64,000 nucleotides of DNA, from NCBI GenBank assembly GCA_965205015.1, contig OZ242029.1:512001-576000 (forward strand). Direction: 5' to 3'. This DNA is from Candidatus Poribacteria bacterium. GTDB taxonomy: Bacteria > Poribacteria > WGA-4E > WGA-3G. Shown in pieces: positions 49,212 through 58,242 of this stretch; position 1 is the stretch's first letter, and each line of letters starts with the position of its first letter. The position numbers and the translations under genes are program-made. Under the pieces are notes generated by a model that was not told the DNA's origin, ran no database searches, and saw only the letters and a list, made by a program, of their open reading frames with translations.

Positions 49212-50093
49212 ATGATCGAAATACGATCTCACACCCATGCCAGCGAACTGATTTCACTTTCGAGGGCTTACCTGGAACAGAATGAGAGCGAAAACAACAG
49301 ACCCCTCGGTTACGCGTATAGGCTCGCTGAAGGTTCAGACAATTACGACTCTGAGTCGCCCGTTTTGTTAAGTATTTTGGAGCACGGGGAAGTCATCGGG
49401 GTCGCAATAATGTTCCGACCTTATGGCGGTATTACTTTGAGCAGGATTAGCACAAGCATCGACGCTGCTGTCCTTCAACTGGTGCGCCACCTCCGTGAAA
49501 TTGATGTCCAGATATCGGGGATTATTGGACCTACGGCGGAAGCTCAAGCCTTTTCTGATTTTTGGGTTGAAGGTATGCCTGATGTATCCGCCAGAATAAG
49601 CATGCGGATGCGTGTATTTGAAGCAAGACGTGTCGAAAATCTGCCACTTTCACCGGGGAAGTTACGTCTCGCACGTCGGGAGGACCACCCGCTCATGGCG
49701 GGATGGATTTCAGACTACTCGGAGGCAGTAGGGAAACCTCTCAGCTTTGACAATGCTAAAAGTTGGGCTGAGAAGTGCATCCAGAATCGGCAATTACATA
49801 TTTGGGATATCAATGGACCTGTTTCTATCGCCAATGTGGCCCGCCCGACAAGAAATGGTATAGCAATCCACTCGGTCTACACGCCTCCAGAACATCGCAA
49901 TAAGGGATATGCGACTTCCTGCGTTTGGGCGTTGACACAGAAGATGCTGACGGCTCGCTATTCATTTTGCAGTCTATACACCGATTTATCAAACCCAACT
50001 TCTAACAGCATCTACGCCAAAATCGGTTACGTCCCAGTCGGGGACGCGCTGGCAGTCGATTTTCAATCCAATAGGGTTAAGAGTAAAATATGA
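49212..50093 (+). CDS. GNAT acetyltransferase, copy 2
   Basis: Collinear paralog of 45036..45914. Confidence 0.9.
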   Translation: MIEIRSHTHASELISLSRAYLEQNESENNRPLGYAYRLAEGSDNYDSESPVLLSILEHGEVIGVAIMFRPYGGITLSRISTSIDAAVLQLVRHLREIDVQISGIIGPTAEAQAFSDFWVEGMPDVSARISMRMRVFEARRVENLPLSPGKLRLARREDHPLMAGWISDYSEAVGKPLSFDNAKSWAEKCIQNRQLHIWDINGPVSIANVARPTRNGIAIHSVYTPPEHRNKGYATSCVWALTQKMLTARYSFCSLYTDLSNPTSNSIYAKIGYVPVGDALAVDFQSNRVKSKI

Positions 50094-50299
50094 TAAAGGT
50101 CTTCTCAATTTCCAATTAGAAGCGAGGGTGACTTGGGGAAAACCGCTGGCATAGGACAAAGCACTGTGACTCCTAACACCATGTTTTTATAATTTTATGC
50201 ACCCTTTTTGCCTCTAAATTGTGTCACTAATGATCGTAAAGTTATCTATCATTGATTCAGATAGTGAAAAGTGCACAATAATAGTAGGAGGCCCCTTTC

Positions 50300-51175
50300 A
50301 TGGTTACCAGCTTTAAGTTTCTGCTCATCGTAGCTCTGTTTCTCAACTTCGGTGTGCCCGTTTTTTCTTTCCAACCTTCTGGTGGCGTTTTGTCGCTGGA
50401 TGGGATTGATGACTATGCAGTATATCCGTTTGCGGAACGCGGATTTCTTTTCCCAAAAAACACCGATAAATTTACTGTCGAGATGTGGTTCTATCCGAAA
50501 GATGGACCGAAGAACGGAGAGAGGGATCTCATTTTCAGCCAGCAAGTTTATTTCGAATTGACTTCATTCCTCACTGGGTGGTGTAAAGACCTTGTCGATG
50601 AACTGTGTTGCTTCGGTGGTGCTTATCTGGATGGACCAGGCACCAGGGGAAACTTGACTTTTAAGGCGCCAGTGGAGATAAACCGATGGAACTATGTGGC
50701 AATCATCTACGAGAAAAGCACATTTGCTTATGTATATAACAATCGGATTCGAAATAGTGGTAGACTTGCCGTGATGGATCGGATATCTGCGGAAGTTCTC
50801 GAAAGACCTAAAGATTTCTTCGTAGGTGGATATGCGCAAGAGCATATTCTGTTCCCTGGAGCCGCGCCAACTACCGGCTTTCATGGCGACATTGATGCTA
50901 TAAGATTTTCAAAAATCGCCAGGTATGACTTACCTGAGGTAGCGTGGGTCGAGGAACCGTTCGAGCCACCCCATCGTTTTTCTCTGGATCAGCACACTAT
51001 AGCACTCTGGAATTTTGACGAACGAAAAGGGGCAACTCGCTTCCAAGATGAATCGCAAGATGGAAAGATGTTAATCGGAATGAATGGGGCTTCTATCGGC
51101 AGCGCGCTTGCGGTTGACCCGGCGAATACCTCCCTAACGACGACATGGGGACAAATCAAGGCGAGATCGCGTTGA
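50300..51175 (+). CDS. Exported LamG-like protein with a TTTWG motif, tandem copy 1
   Basis: Signal peptide, LDGIDD, FTVEMW, LWNFDE; ends AVDPANTSLTTTWGQIK. Confidence 0.85.
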   Translation: MVTSFKFLLIVALFLNFGVPVFSFQPSGGVLSLDGIDDYAVYPFAERGFLFPKNTDKFTVEMWFYPKDGPKNGERDLIFSQQVYFELTSFLTGWCKDLVDELCCFGGAYLDGPGTRGNLTFKAPVEINRWNYVAIIYEKSTFAYVYNNRIRNSGRLAVMDRISAEVLERPKDFFVGGYAQEHILFPGAAPTTGFHGDIDAIRFSKIARYDLPEVAWVEEPFEPPHRFSLDQHTIALWNFDERKGATRFQDESQDGKMLIGMNGASIGSALAVDPANTSLTTTWGQIKARSR

Positions 51176-51286
51176 ACCTGATACACCAAGTCTAAGAGAA
51201 CCTTAATAGTTGAATAGGATTCGGAGAATTGACCGAATTTACGAAACAAAACCAAGGCATGCATTCTGAATCCGAAGGAGATTTCG

Positions 51287-52147
51287 ATGATTATTAACTT
51301 TAAGTTCCTACTCATCGTAGTTCTGTTTCTCAATTTCGTTGTACCAGTGTTTCCATTTGCGCCTTCTGGTCGCGTTTTGTCCTTGGATGGTGTTGATGAC
51401 TATGCAATACTCCCGTTTGAGAAACACGGGTATTTGTTTCGAAAAAACACCCGTGAGTTCACTGTTGAAATGTGGTTTTATCCGAAATCTGGACCAACAA
51501 ATCACGGTGAGAGAAATATCATTTTTACTCAGCAAGTTTACTTCGGATTGAGCGCAAACCTTGAGGAATGTAAAAGCGATGCGAGTCAACTGTGTTGCTA
51601 CGGTGGCGCATATCTCGATGGAGAAGACGCCCACGGCGTCTCGTTTTTTTATGCACCACTGGAGAGAAATCGATGGAACTATGTCGCAATCATTTACAAG
51701 AACAGCACATTTGCCTATGCATATAACAATCGGATGCGTCGGAAAAGTAAATTTGACGTGATGGATCGAGTGACTGCGGAGGTTCGCGGAGGACCTACAG
51801 ATTTCTTCGTCGGTGGGTATGATCAGGAGATGGTCCGAATGATTCGCTTTCATGGCGAAATTGACGCTATAAGATTTTCGAGGATCGCTCGATATGACCT
51901 ACCTGAGGTAGCATGGGTCGAGGAACCGTTCGAGCCACCCGATCGTTTTGTACGTGATCAGCACACTGTCGCACTTTGGAACTTTGACGAACGAGAAGGG
52001 ACAACTCGTTTTCAAGATGCAGCAAAGAATAAAAGGACGTTAATTGGGATGAATGGGGCTTCAATTAGCAGCAGTACGCTTGCTGTTGATCCGACGAGTA
52101 CTTCTCTAACGACGACATGGGGATACATCAAGGCGAGATCGCGTTGA
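51287..52147 (+). CDS. Exported LamG-like protein with a TTTWG motif, tandem copy 2
   Basis: Collinear paralog of 50300; ends AVDPTSTSLTTTWGYIK. Confidence 0.85.
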   Translation: MIINFKFLLIVVLFLNFVVPVFPFAPSGRVLSLDGVDDYAILPFEKHGYLFRKNTREFTVEMWFYPKSGPTNHGERNIIFTQQVYFGLSANLEECKSDASQLCCYGGAYLDGEDAHGVSFFYAPLERNRWNYVAIIYKNSTFAYAYNNRMRRKSKFDVMDRVTAEVRGGPTDFFVGGYDQEMVRMIRFHGEIDAIRFSRIARYDLPEVAWVEEPFEPPDRFVRDQHTVALWNFDEREGTTRFQDAAKNKRTLIGMNGASISSSTLAVDPTSTSLTTTWGYIKARSR

Positions 52148-52193
52148 ACCCGACACACGAAATCCTAAAAGGGAAACCAAACATTTCACCGAA

Positions 52194-54347
52194 TCATTGG
52201 TCCTTGGTTTCTTCGGGAATACGGAAGCGTAGCTCGCTATCGGTCGATTCGATGGTAAAGCCACTCCAACCCCACCGTTTGTGTTTGCCTTTCCCGCGGG
52301 TATATATCACCTGCGTCAAAAGTTCATCGGTGATCGTGATGTCGTAACGCCTTTCAACCGTCTCATTTCCGACAGGAATCTGCAACCGCTGAATCGGTTT
52401 CTCACCATTCGCAATCAGATTTATCTCCAACGGTTCAGGTTCCTCTCCTTCATCTGCGCTGAAATAGCATGTCACTTCGTATGTTCCATTCGGAAGTGCG
52501 ACTCGGAAGACCCCATCTTCTTTCCCCAAAATGCTATCCCCGTAAGGTTGTGATACCTCAGATTCCCTTTGTGAGTCTTCACGCGCTGACACTGTTAACC
52601 AGCCGTATTTTCCATCGGTGTAAGCCGTATCCACAGACACAGGGATATGTCCCGATGCTGTCTGACCCTCCTCAGGCTGCATATCAAAGGCAAGTACAGT
52701 TCCTCCACCCCACATTTGCGGATCCGGTGCTGCGCGCTTGCGACGATAGACCCGATGGTAGTCGTTAGAATGGATAAGGTCATATTCTTCTTCCAAACCG
52801 GCGACATCACCATACTCCGTCCGCCAAATGATGGCGAAATCAGCAGGCAATTCTTTCTGCTTATAGCGTAGTGGGAAATGGTCCGTATTTGCCTCGTAGT
52901 TGTCAAGATAGGCGATCCCCATCTTCACTGCCAGTAGACACTCGGTGTGCCCAAAGGGTTCAACGTATTTGGACTCAAAACCGAGTGAATCAGACAGACC
53001 GTTCCATTCTCCAGGCTCGCTCGTAAGAATCGTATTTTTTTCATACAAACCCATCGATGAGTGGACGTTGGCGATGTCCCGATTCAATAAGGCATACGTG
53101 TGGACATTGTAACCGAGATGCCATAGGGACAGGGCAATGATAACTCCCGCTACGCCATAGTTTACGTACCGATGGAGGTAGTAGGCAGACTCCGCTCTGC
53201 CGTTCACCCGGTTGACAGCAAAAAATGGCAGCAACACGAGGAATATGTACAGATGAAATCGATCGTTTATCCACCCTCCGCTATAGCCAGACCAAGGGGC
53301 TATGTAATACATCGCAGTGATGAGGACTGACATAATCAGAAACCCATCCATTTGCGTCACAACGCGCATCCAGAGCCGTTCGCCCGTCTCTTTCCATTCC
53401 TCCGATTTATAGAATTGGGAACACTGCCGGATTCTATTGATAACTGTGAGTACAAAAACGATAGCAAGAAAAACCAACAACACGCGTCCGATCAGGATAT
53501 GATCATCTCGAAAAGCGACCAAGGATTTCATGGAGAAGAAGTAGTCATTTAGCCACTCAAAGCCTTTATGGTTGCTATCTGTCCCGTGAGCATTGGAAAG
53601 GTAAAAGTAGTAGGAAAATAGGATAAAATACGCAGGTATAAGACTCCCTACGAAGGTCAGCACCGGTTTGAGCGTCACCACACCCGCCCTAAGTCGGTGC
53701 ATGAGGGGTTGTGATGTTTCCTTATGTCCCCATACCCCTTGTAGGACCTCGTAACCCGATGAGAAAAGGGCAAAGAACGTCAGGGACATGACAAGCAACG
53801 CATAGGAATGGTAGTGGGTGAGATAGGTCGCCAACAGCAATATGTAGATGATCACAATGTTTGTCAATCGGAGTTTATCCTTGACTCTCCACCAATAGCC
53901 CATCGTGAAGAAAAATAGGGACATACTGAGGACAAAGTTATAGAACCCCATGTGAAGCAGATAGTTGTAGGCGAAAAGAAACCCAAGCAGTCCAAAGACT
54001 ACGTTCCTCTTTGCGATACCGTTGAGGAAATAGAAGAGGGAGAGCGGTAGGAGCCCGATACAGAGCGTCAGCACTATCTTTTCGCAAACGAGTGGCGGAA
54101 AGACGTACAACAGGACGACAAGGAGCGCGTGGGAGGTCCAGTTCGGGAAGATCGTGGCGTTCAGTTCGTAGACTTCGCGCAGACGATAGTTTTCGTGCTT
54201 ATGGTACTCCTTCACCACGTATGAGTTGTAGATATGACTGAGCCCATCCTGCGTTGGGAAATACTTGAAACCCCAGACGGGTAGAAGATGTAGCACCAGC
54301 ATCACAAAAACTGTAATATATCCAACAGATAACAGACGTGTTTTCAT
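52194..54347 (-). CDS. Polytopic membrane protein (GT-C-like) with a C-terminal galactose-binding-like domain
   Basis: About 10 TM segments, TQDGLSH, PNW, GFYNF; C-terminal FDM...Y....YGW...F.V.LPNG.Y.V. Confidence 0.65.
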   Translation of the reverse strand: MKTRLLSVGYITVFVMLVLHLLPVWGFKYFPTQDGLSHIYNSYVVKEYHKHENYRLREVYELNATIFPNWTSHALLVVLLYVFPPLVCEKIVLTLCIGLLPLSLFYFLNGIAKRNVVFGLLGFLFAYNYLLHMGFYNFVLSMSLFFFTMGYWWRVKDKLRLTNIVIIYILLLATYLTHYHSYALLVMSLTFFALFSSGYEVLQGVWGHKETSQPLMHRLRAGVVTLKPVLTFVGSLIPAYFILFSYYFYLSNAHGTDSNHKGFEWLNDYFFSMKSLVAFRDDHILIGRVLLVFLAIVFVLTVINRIRQCSQFYKSEEWKETGERLWMRVVTQMDGFLIMSVLITAMYYIAPWSGYSGGWINDRFHLYIFLVLLPFFAVNRVNGRAESAYYLHRYVNYGVAGVIIALSLWHLGYNVHTYALLNRDIANVHSSMGLYEKNTILTSEPGEWNGLSDSLGFESKYVEPFGHTECLLAVKMGIAYLDNYEANTDHFPLRYKQKELPADFAIIWRTEYGDVAGLEEEYDLIHSNDYHRVYRRKRAAPDPQMWGGGTVLAFDMQPEEGQTASGHIPVSVDTAYTDGKYGWLTVSAREDSQRESEVSQPYGDSILGKEDGVFRVALPNGTYEVTCYFSADEGEEPEPLEINLIANGEKPIQRLQIPVGNETVERRYDITITDELLTQVIYTRGKGKHKRWGWSGFTIESTDSELRFRIPEETKDQ

Positions 54348-54420
54348 TACCTCTATAACCTCACCAATACATTTACCTGGACCTCATCAAATAGATTTTC
54401 GCCTTGGTTCTACCGCCTTT

Positions 54421-54594
54421 TTATTTTACCCCACTCGATGGGTAGCAGCTTAGGTAAATCTCGCGGTTAAGATCACGGGCAGACACAAATGCGATTTTGG
54501 CAGTTCCCGGTGCCTGTGCCGAGATAGGGCAAACCGCTCCGTATAATAAGACAACACTTAACACGAAGCAGAACAATAGAGATGAACCTTTCAC
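54421..54594 (-). pseudogene. N-terminal fragment of a TolB/PD40-like exported protein
   Basis: GGAGG RBS, GTG start, signal peptide, AQAPGTAKIAFVSARDLNREIYL, then early stop; compare 62694 (AEAPTSPKIAYSSWRDGNMDIFL). Confidence 0.78.
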
Positions 54595-54649
54595 CGAATT
54601 ACCTCCAAGAGATCATGAAAAAACAAATTTCCTTTTCCGTCTGAACTCC

Positions 54650-54678
54650 ATTCTAATAGATTTTCGCTTTTGTTTCAA
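54650..54678 (-). promoter_or_regulatory. Sigma70-type promoter for the TolB-like fragment
   Basis: TTGAAA-17 nt-TAGAAT on the minus strand. Confidence 0.55.
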
Positions 54679-54765
54679 GGGAATAGTCGGTTTTGGAATC
54701 CCAATGCTTTAGCTTTGGGAGGAAAATCCGCCCTCTTGGAAAGGACCAAAACGTTCATTTTTCCC

Positions 54766-54795
54766 TTGACATTTGGTCCGAAAGTGTGTTAGAAT
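54766..54795 (+). promoter_or_regulatory. Sigma70 promoter of tnpB
   Basis: TTGACA-18 nt-TAGAAT with extended TG. Confidence 0.65.
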
Positions 54796-54799
54796 TAGA

Positions 54800-54881
54800 G
54801 TATCAGGTTGGCAAGTATTATCAGCGTTACCGCTTGGTAACGTACTTGCCTCCCACTGATAAGGGGATAAACACCTGATAC
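54800..54881 (+). ncRNA. Candidate structured RNA leader upstream of tnpB
   Basis: Three nested perfect helices plus a fourth complementary pair (see findings). Confidence 0.5.
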
Positions 54882-54891
54882 CTGATATACC

Positions 54892-56121
54892 ATGAAATTA
54901 ACTTTTAAGTATCCTGTGTATCCTACCAGAACACAGGAACAAACAGTGTTAGCGTGGCTTGACCACCTGTGTGACCTTCAGAACTCTGCTCGCCACGATC
55001 GCAAGGTAGCGTTAGAAGTTGAAGATCGTTTCGTCACGCTCTCCGAACAGCAAGACAAGTTAACAGCCGCTCGTGAGAAATATGACGACTTCCGAGAAGT
55101 GCCACAAGATTTCCAAAATCACGCCCTGCGAAGAAACGATAAAGCCTTTACTGCCTTCCGCAAACGTTGTAAAGAAAACGCTGCGAAAAAAGGGTATCCT
55201 CGCTACAAAAAGCGTGTCCGTTCTCTGACGTGGAGCCTTCGCAAATATACGAAAGTGGTTCGTCGAAAGACCAAAGACGCTGAAAAACAGACGCTACGCG
55301 TTCGCGAGAATCCAATCATAGAAACGCCCTTTCGCCATAACCGCTTGAAAGTGCCAAAGTTGGGTGAAGTCAAGATACGCATGCACCGCCCGCTTGAAGG
55401 GGATCCCAAAGAAGTTACGCTCGTGAAAAAAGCAAGTGGCTGGTATGCTCATATTACCTGTGAACTCCCCGATACTCCGAAAGTTGAACCGACAGCTGCG
55501 ATCGCTGTTGACGTTGGCACAACGCACTATCTGACGACTTCCGAAGGCGAAAAGGAAGATAACCCGCGCTGGTATCGCCAAGCAGAAGGACTGCTCCACA
55601 AACATAATCAGACGATGGCCCGCCGTAAAAAAGGGAGCAACCGCTGGTATAAAGCCGTGCATGCCGTTGCCTTGCACCATGAGCGAACTGCTAACAAACG
55701 CAAAGACTTTATCGGTAAACTCGTCTACAAACTTTTTCATCATTGCGGAAAGCACGTCCTCGTTGCGGAGGACTTGCAAACCTCTAACATGGTTCAGAAT
55801 AAGCACCTCAGCAAGAGCATTTCGGATGCGTCTTGGGGTATCTTCTTTCAGTGGTGTGGGAACATAGCCGAAAGAGACGGTTTCCACGTCCACCAAGTGA
55901 ATCCCAAAAACACTTCGCAAACCTGCTCTGCTTGTGGTAAGAAGTCGCCAAAGAAACTCTCTTTAGCGATACGGACCTTTGATTGTAGTTTTTGTGGCAC
56001 TTCGTTAGACCGAGACCACAACGCTGCGATAAACATACTTTTGCGGGCGGCTTGCGCCCATCGTGGAGAGCGTTGGGTTACCAACCTCTGTGAAACGAGA
56101 AACTTACCGGTAGACCGGTAG
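54892..56121 (+). CDS. tnpB: RNA-guided endonuclease TnpB
   Basis: KY..YPT, RuvC D (AVDVG), E (AEDL), CSAC/CSFC zinc finger, DRDHNAAIN. Confidence 0.95.
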   Translation: MKLTFKYPVYPTRTQEQTVLAWLDHLCDLQNSARHDRKVALEVEDRFVTLSEQQDKLTAAREKYDDFREVPQDFQNHALRRNDKAFTAFRKRCKENAAKKGYPRYKKRVRSLTWSLRKYTKVVRRKTKDAEKQTLRVRENPIIETPFRHNRLKVPKLGEVKIRMHRPLEGDPKEVTLVKKASGWYAHITCELPDTPKVEPTAAIAVDVGTTHYLTTSEGEKEDNPRWYRQAEGLLHKHNQTMARRKKGSNRWYKAVHAVALHHERTANKRKDFIGKLVYKLFHHCGKHVLVAEDLQTSNMVQNKHLSKSISDASWGIFFQWCGNIAERDGFHVHQVNPKNTSQTCSACGKKSPKKLSLAIRTFDCSFCGTSLDRDHNAAINILLRAACAHRGERWVTNLCETRNLPVDR

Positions 56122-56190
56122 GCTTGTTAACACTCTTAACAAGCCAAAGTCTTTAGACTTGGGTACATTGACTACCTCAAATCTTACAGA
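56020..56190 (+). ncRNA. Predicted omega/reRNA of TnpB 1; bounds approximate
   Basis: Expected at the 3' end of tnpB through the right-end hairpin; local hairpins such as TACCGGT-AG-ACCGGTA. Confidence 0.5.
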
Positions 56191-56316
56191 TTCCCAAACT
56201 TGCTATCTATTCCCAATTGTGATAAACTACTCTCAAGCTTAATGCGTCTGATATTGAAAAATATGAGGATGAACATGTCCCAGAATTGACGGAAATATAG
56301 CCTATGGGGGGCAGGG

Positions 56317-56895
56317 ATGGAAATCCCAAGTATTGTTATTATCGGTGATGATTCACAGGCAGGTACCTATATCTTGCGAATCCGCCTTAAAGAGAAGACC
56401 GCATTAAAATTTGGGAGATTCAAGAAAGGGAAACTTATTTCATTACCCGCTGGTGATTACCTTTACATCGGCTCTGCACTCTCGGAGAAGGGAGCCATTT
56501 CGTTAGCACGGCGGCTGATCCGGCACGCAACACGGCGTAACCCTCAGCCACCACATCCTATCCGAGAAAAAATGATAGACCGATTCAGTGAATGCGGTTT
56601 GGGACCTCGCGACCTATTACCAAAACGTGGTAAAACCCTACACTGGAACGTTGATTTCCTCTTGGATCTGCCATCGGCGGAGCTCGTCGCTATCCTTGCT
56701 ATCCGTTCCGCTGAACGCTTGGAGAAGAGTCTTGCCAAGCGACTTGAACAGGATCCACGCACGGAGATTATCGAACCCGGGTTAGGTGCAAACGATGCTC
56801 CAGGTAACACACACCTGTTACGCATCCGATCAGATAGCATGGGGTGGGCATCTCTCACAGACAAAGTAAGAGGGATTCTGAAAGAAACACCTTAG
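56317..56895 (+). CDS. DUF123 / GIY-YIG-like nuclease family protein
   Basis: GTYIL, G.Y.YIGSA, RRL.RH, LHW.VD.LL, PG.GA.D....THL. Confidence 0.8.
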   Translation: MEIPSIVIIGDDSQAGTYILRIRLKEKTALKFGRFKKGKLISLPAGDYLYIGSALSEKGAISLARRLIRHATRRNPQPPHPIREKMIDRFSECGLGPRDLLPKRGKTLHWNVDFLLDLPSAELVAILAIRSAERLEKSLAKRLEQDPRTEIIEPGLGANDAPGNTHLLRIRSDSMGWASLTDKVRGILKETP

Positions 56896-56935
56896 ACCAG
56901 CAGAATTCACAAACATTAGCCCGTAATGTAATGAA

Positions 56936-57050
56936 GGGGTTTTTGCTTGGGGTCTTTGCTTGGGGTTTTTGCTTGGGGTCTTTGCTTGGGGTTTTTGCTT
57001 GGGTGTTTCTGCGGATTTCTGCGGATTTCTGCGGATTTCTGCGGATTTCT
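56936..57050 (+). repeat. Compound tandem repeat: 5 x 13 bp plus 4.5 x 10 bp
   Basis: GGGGT(T/C)TTTGCTT x5 (56936-57000), then TTTCTGCGGA x4 plus a partial unit (57006-57050). Confidence 0.95.
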
Positions 57051-57129
57051 TCAACTCGAACACAGAACGCACTAAGGTTTCAAACCACGTCCTTTGTCCG
57101 TAAGGTATAATTAAAAATTTGAGGTAGAT

Positions 57130-58242
57130 ATGCACGATCCACGACTTGATAAACTCGCAAATGTTCTCACAACCCATTCCACGAAAATTCAACCCGGCGA
57201 ATGTGTGCTCATTGAAGGCATTGATATCCCACAAGAGATGGTCATTGCCCTCATCCGAGCAGTCCGGAAAGCGAGCGGGATTCCCTTGGTGGAACTCAAA
57301 CAGAACCGTATCCACCGTGAAATTATTCTCAACGGAGACGATACTGGGATAAAATTGATGGGTGACTACGAAATATATCGCATAAAGAAGGTCCAAGCGT
57401 ATATCGGTATTCGGGGAAGTCACAATATCACAGAGCTATCCGATGTCCCAGGGGAGGCACTGCAACGCTACCAAAAGTATTGGCAGCGGCCCCTCAACGA
57501 TATTCGCGTGCCACATACAAAATGGGTTGTCCTACGATGGCCCCTCCCGGCAATGGCACAACAGGCACAGATGAGCACAGAGGCGTTCGAGGATTACTAT
57601 TTCGACGTTTGCACGCTTGACTACAGCCGAATGGAACAGGCGATGGGACCACTCAAGTCTCTGATGGAGGAAACGGATGAAGTTCACATCGTCGGTGAAG
57701 ATACCGATCTCCGGTTCAGTATCAAGGATATCCCTGTGATCCCATGTGCTGGCGAGAAGAATATTCCCGATGGTGAATGTTTCACCGCACCCGTGCGAGA
57801 CTCCGTCAATGGTACTATCCACTTCAACACACCCACAATCTATCAAGGCACAACCTTTACTGATATCCGACTCCACTTTGAAAACGGCAAAATCGTTGAG
57901 GCGACAGCGAATAACAGTGAAAGGTTGAACGATATTCTTGATACAGACGAAGGGGCGCGTTATATCGGTGAGTTTTCCATCGCCTTTAACCCGTACATCA
58001 CAAATCCGATGCTCGATATTCTGTTCGATGAGAAAATCGCGGGCTCATTTCATTTCACGCCCGGTCAGGCTTACGAGGAGGCGAATAACAGTGTCCGCTC
58101 CGCCGTGCATTGGGATATGGTCATGATACAAACACCGGAGCACGGTGGTGGAGAGATGTACTTCGACGGAAACCTTATTCGGAAGGACGGACGATTTGTC
58201 CATCCTGAATTGGAGGCACTGAATCCGGAGAACCTTAAATGA
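57130..58242 (+). CDS. M29 family aminopeptidase
   Basis: NIPDGE.FTAP, GEF, ILFDEKI.GS.H, S.VHWDM. Confidence 0.93.
   Translation: MHDPRLDKLANVLTTHSTKIQPGECVLIEGIDIPQEMVIALIRAVRKASGIPLVELKQNRIHREIILNGDDTGIKLMGDYEIYRIKKVQAYIGIRGSHNITELSDVPGEALQRYQKYWQRPLNDIRVPHTKWVVLRWPLPAMAQQAQMSTEAFEDYYFDVCTLDYSRMEQAMGPLKSLMEETDEVHIVGEDTDLRFSIKDIPVIPCAGEKNIPDGECFTAPVRDSVNGTIHFNTPTIYQGTTFTDIRLHFENGKIVEATANNSERLNDILDTDEGARYIGEFSIAFNPYITNPMLDILFDEKIAGSFHFTPGQAYEEANNSVRSAVHWDMVMIQTPEHGGGEMYFDGNLIRKDGRFVHPELEALNPENLK

Larger units (their letters stand above)
54688..56172 (+). mobile_element. IS200/IS605-family solo tnpB element (IS1341-like) 1; ends approximate
   Basis: Left hairpin TCCCAATGCTTTAGCTTTGGGA; right hairpin CCAAAGTCTTTAGACTTGG followed by TTGAC; no tnpA. 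Confidence 0.8.

Noticed and set aside
20376-52147. Integron with attC sites
   Set aside because: Only isolated GTTRRRY words (e.g. near 47161 and 49177); no paired attC structure or integrase seen.
56936-57050. CRISPR array
   Set aside because: Units are contiguous 13- and 10-mers with no spacers, and there are no cas genes.
56830-57423. 197-aa minus-strand ORF with repeats
   Set aside because: Shadow of the aminopeptidase gene and the tandem repeat.
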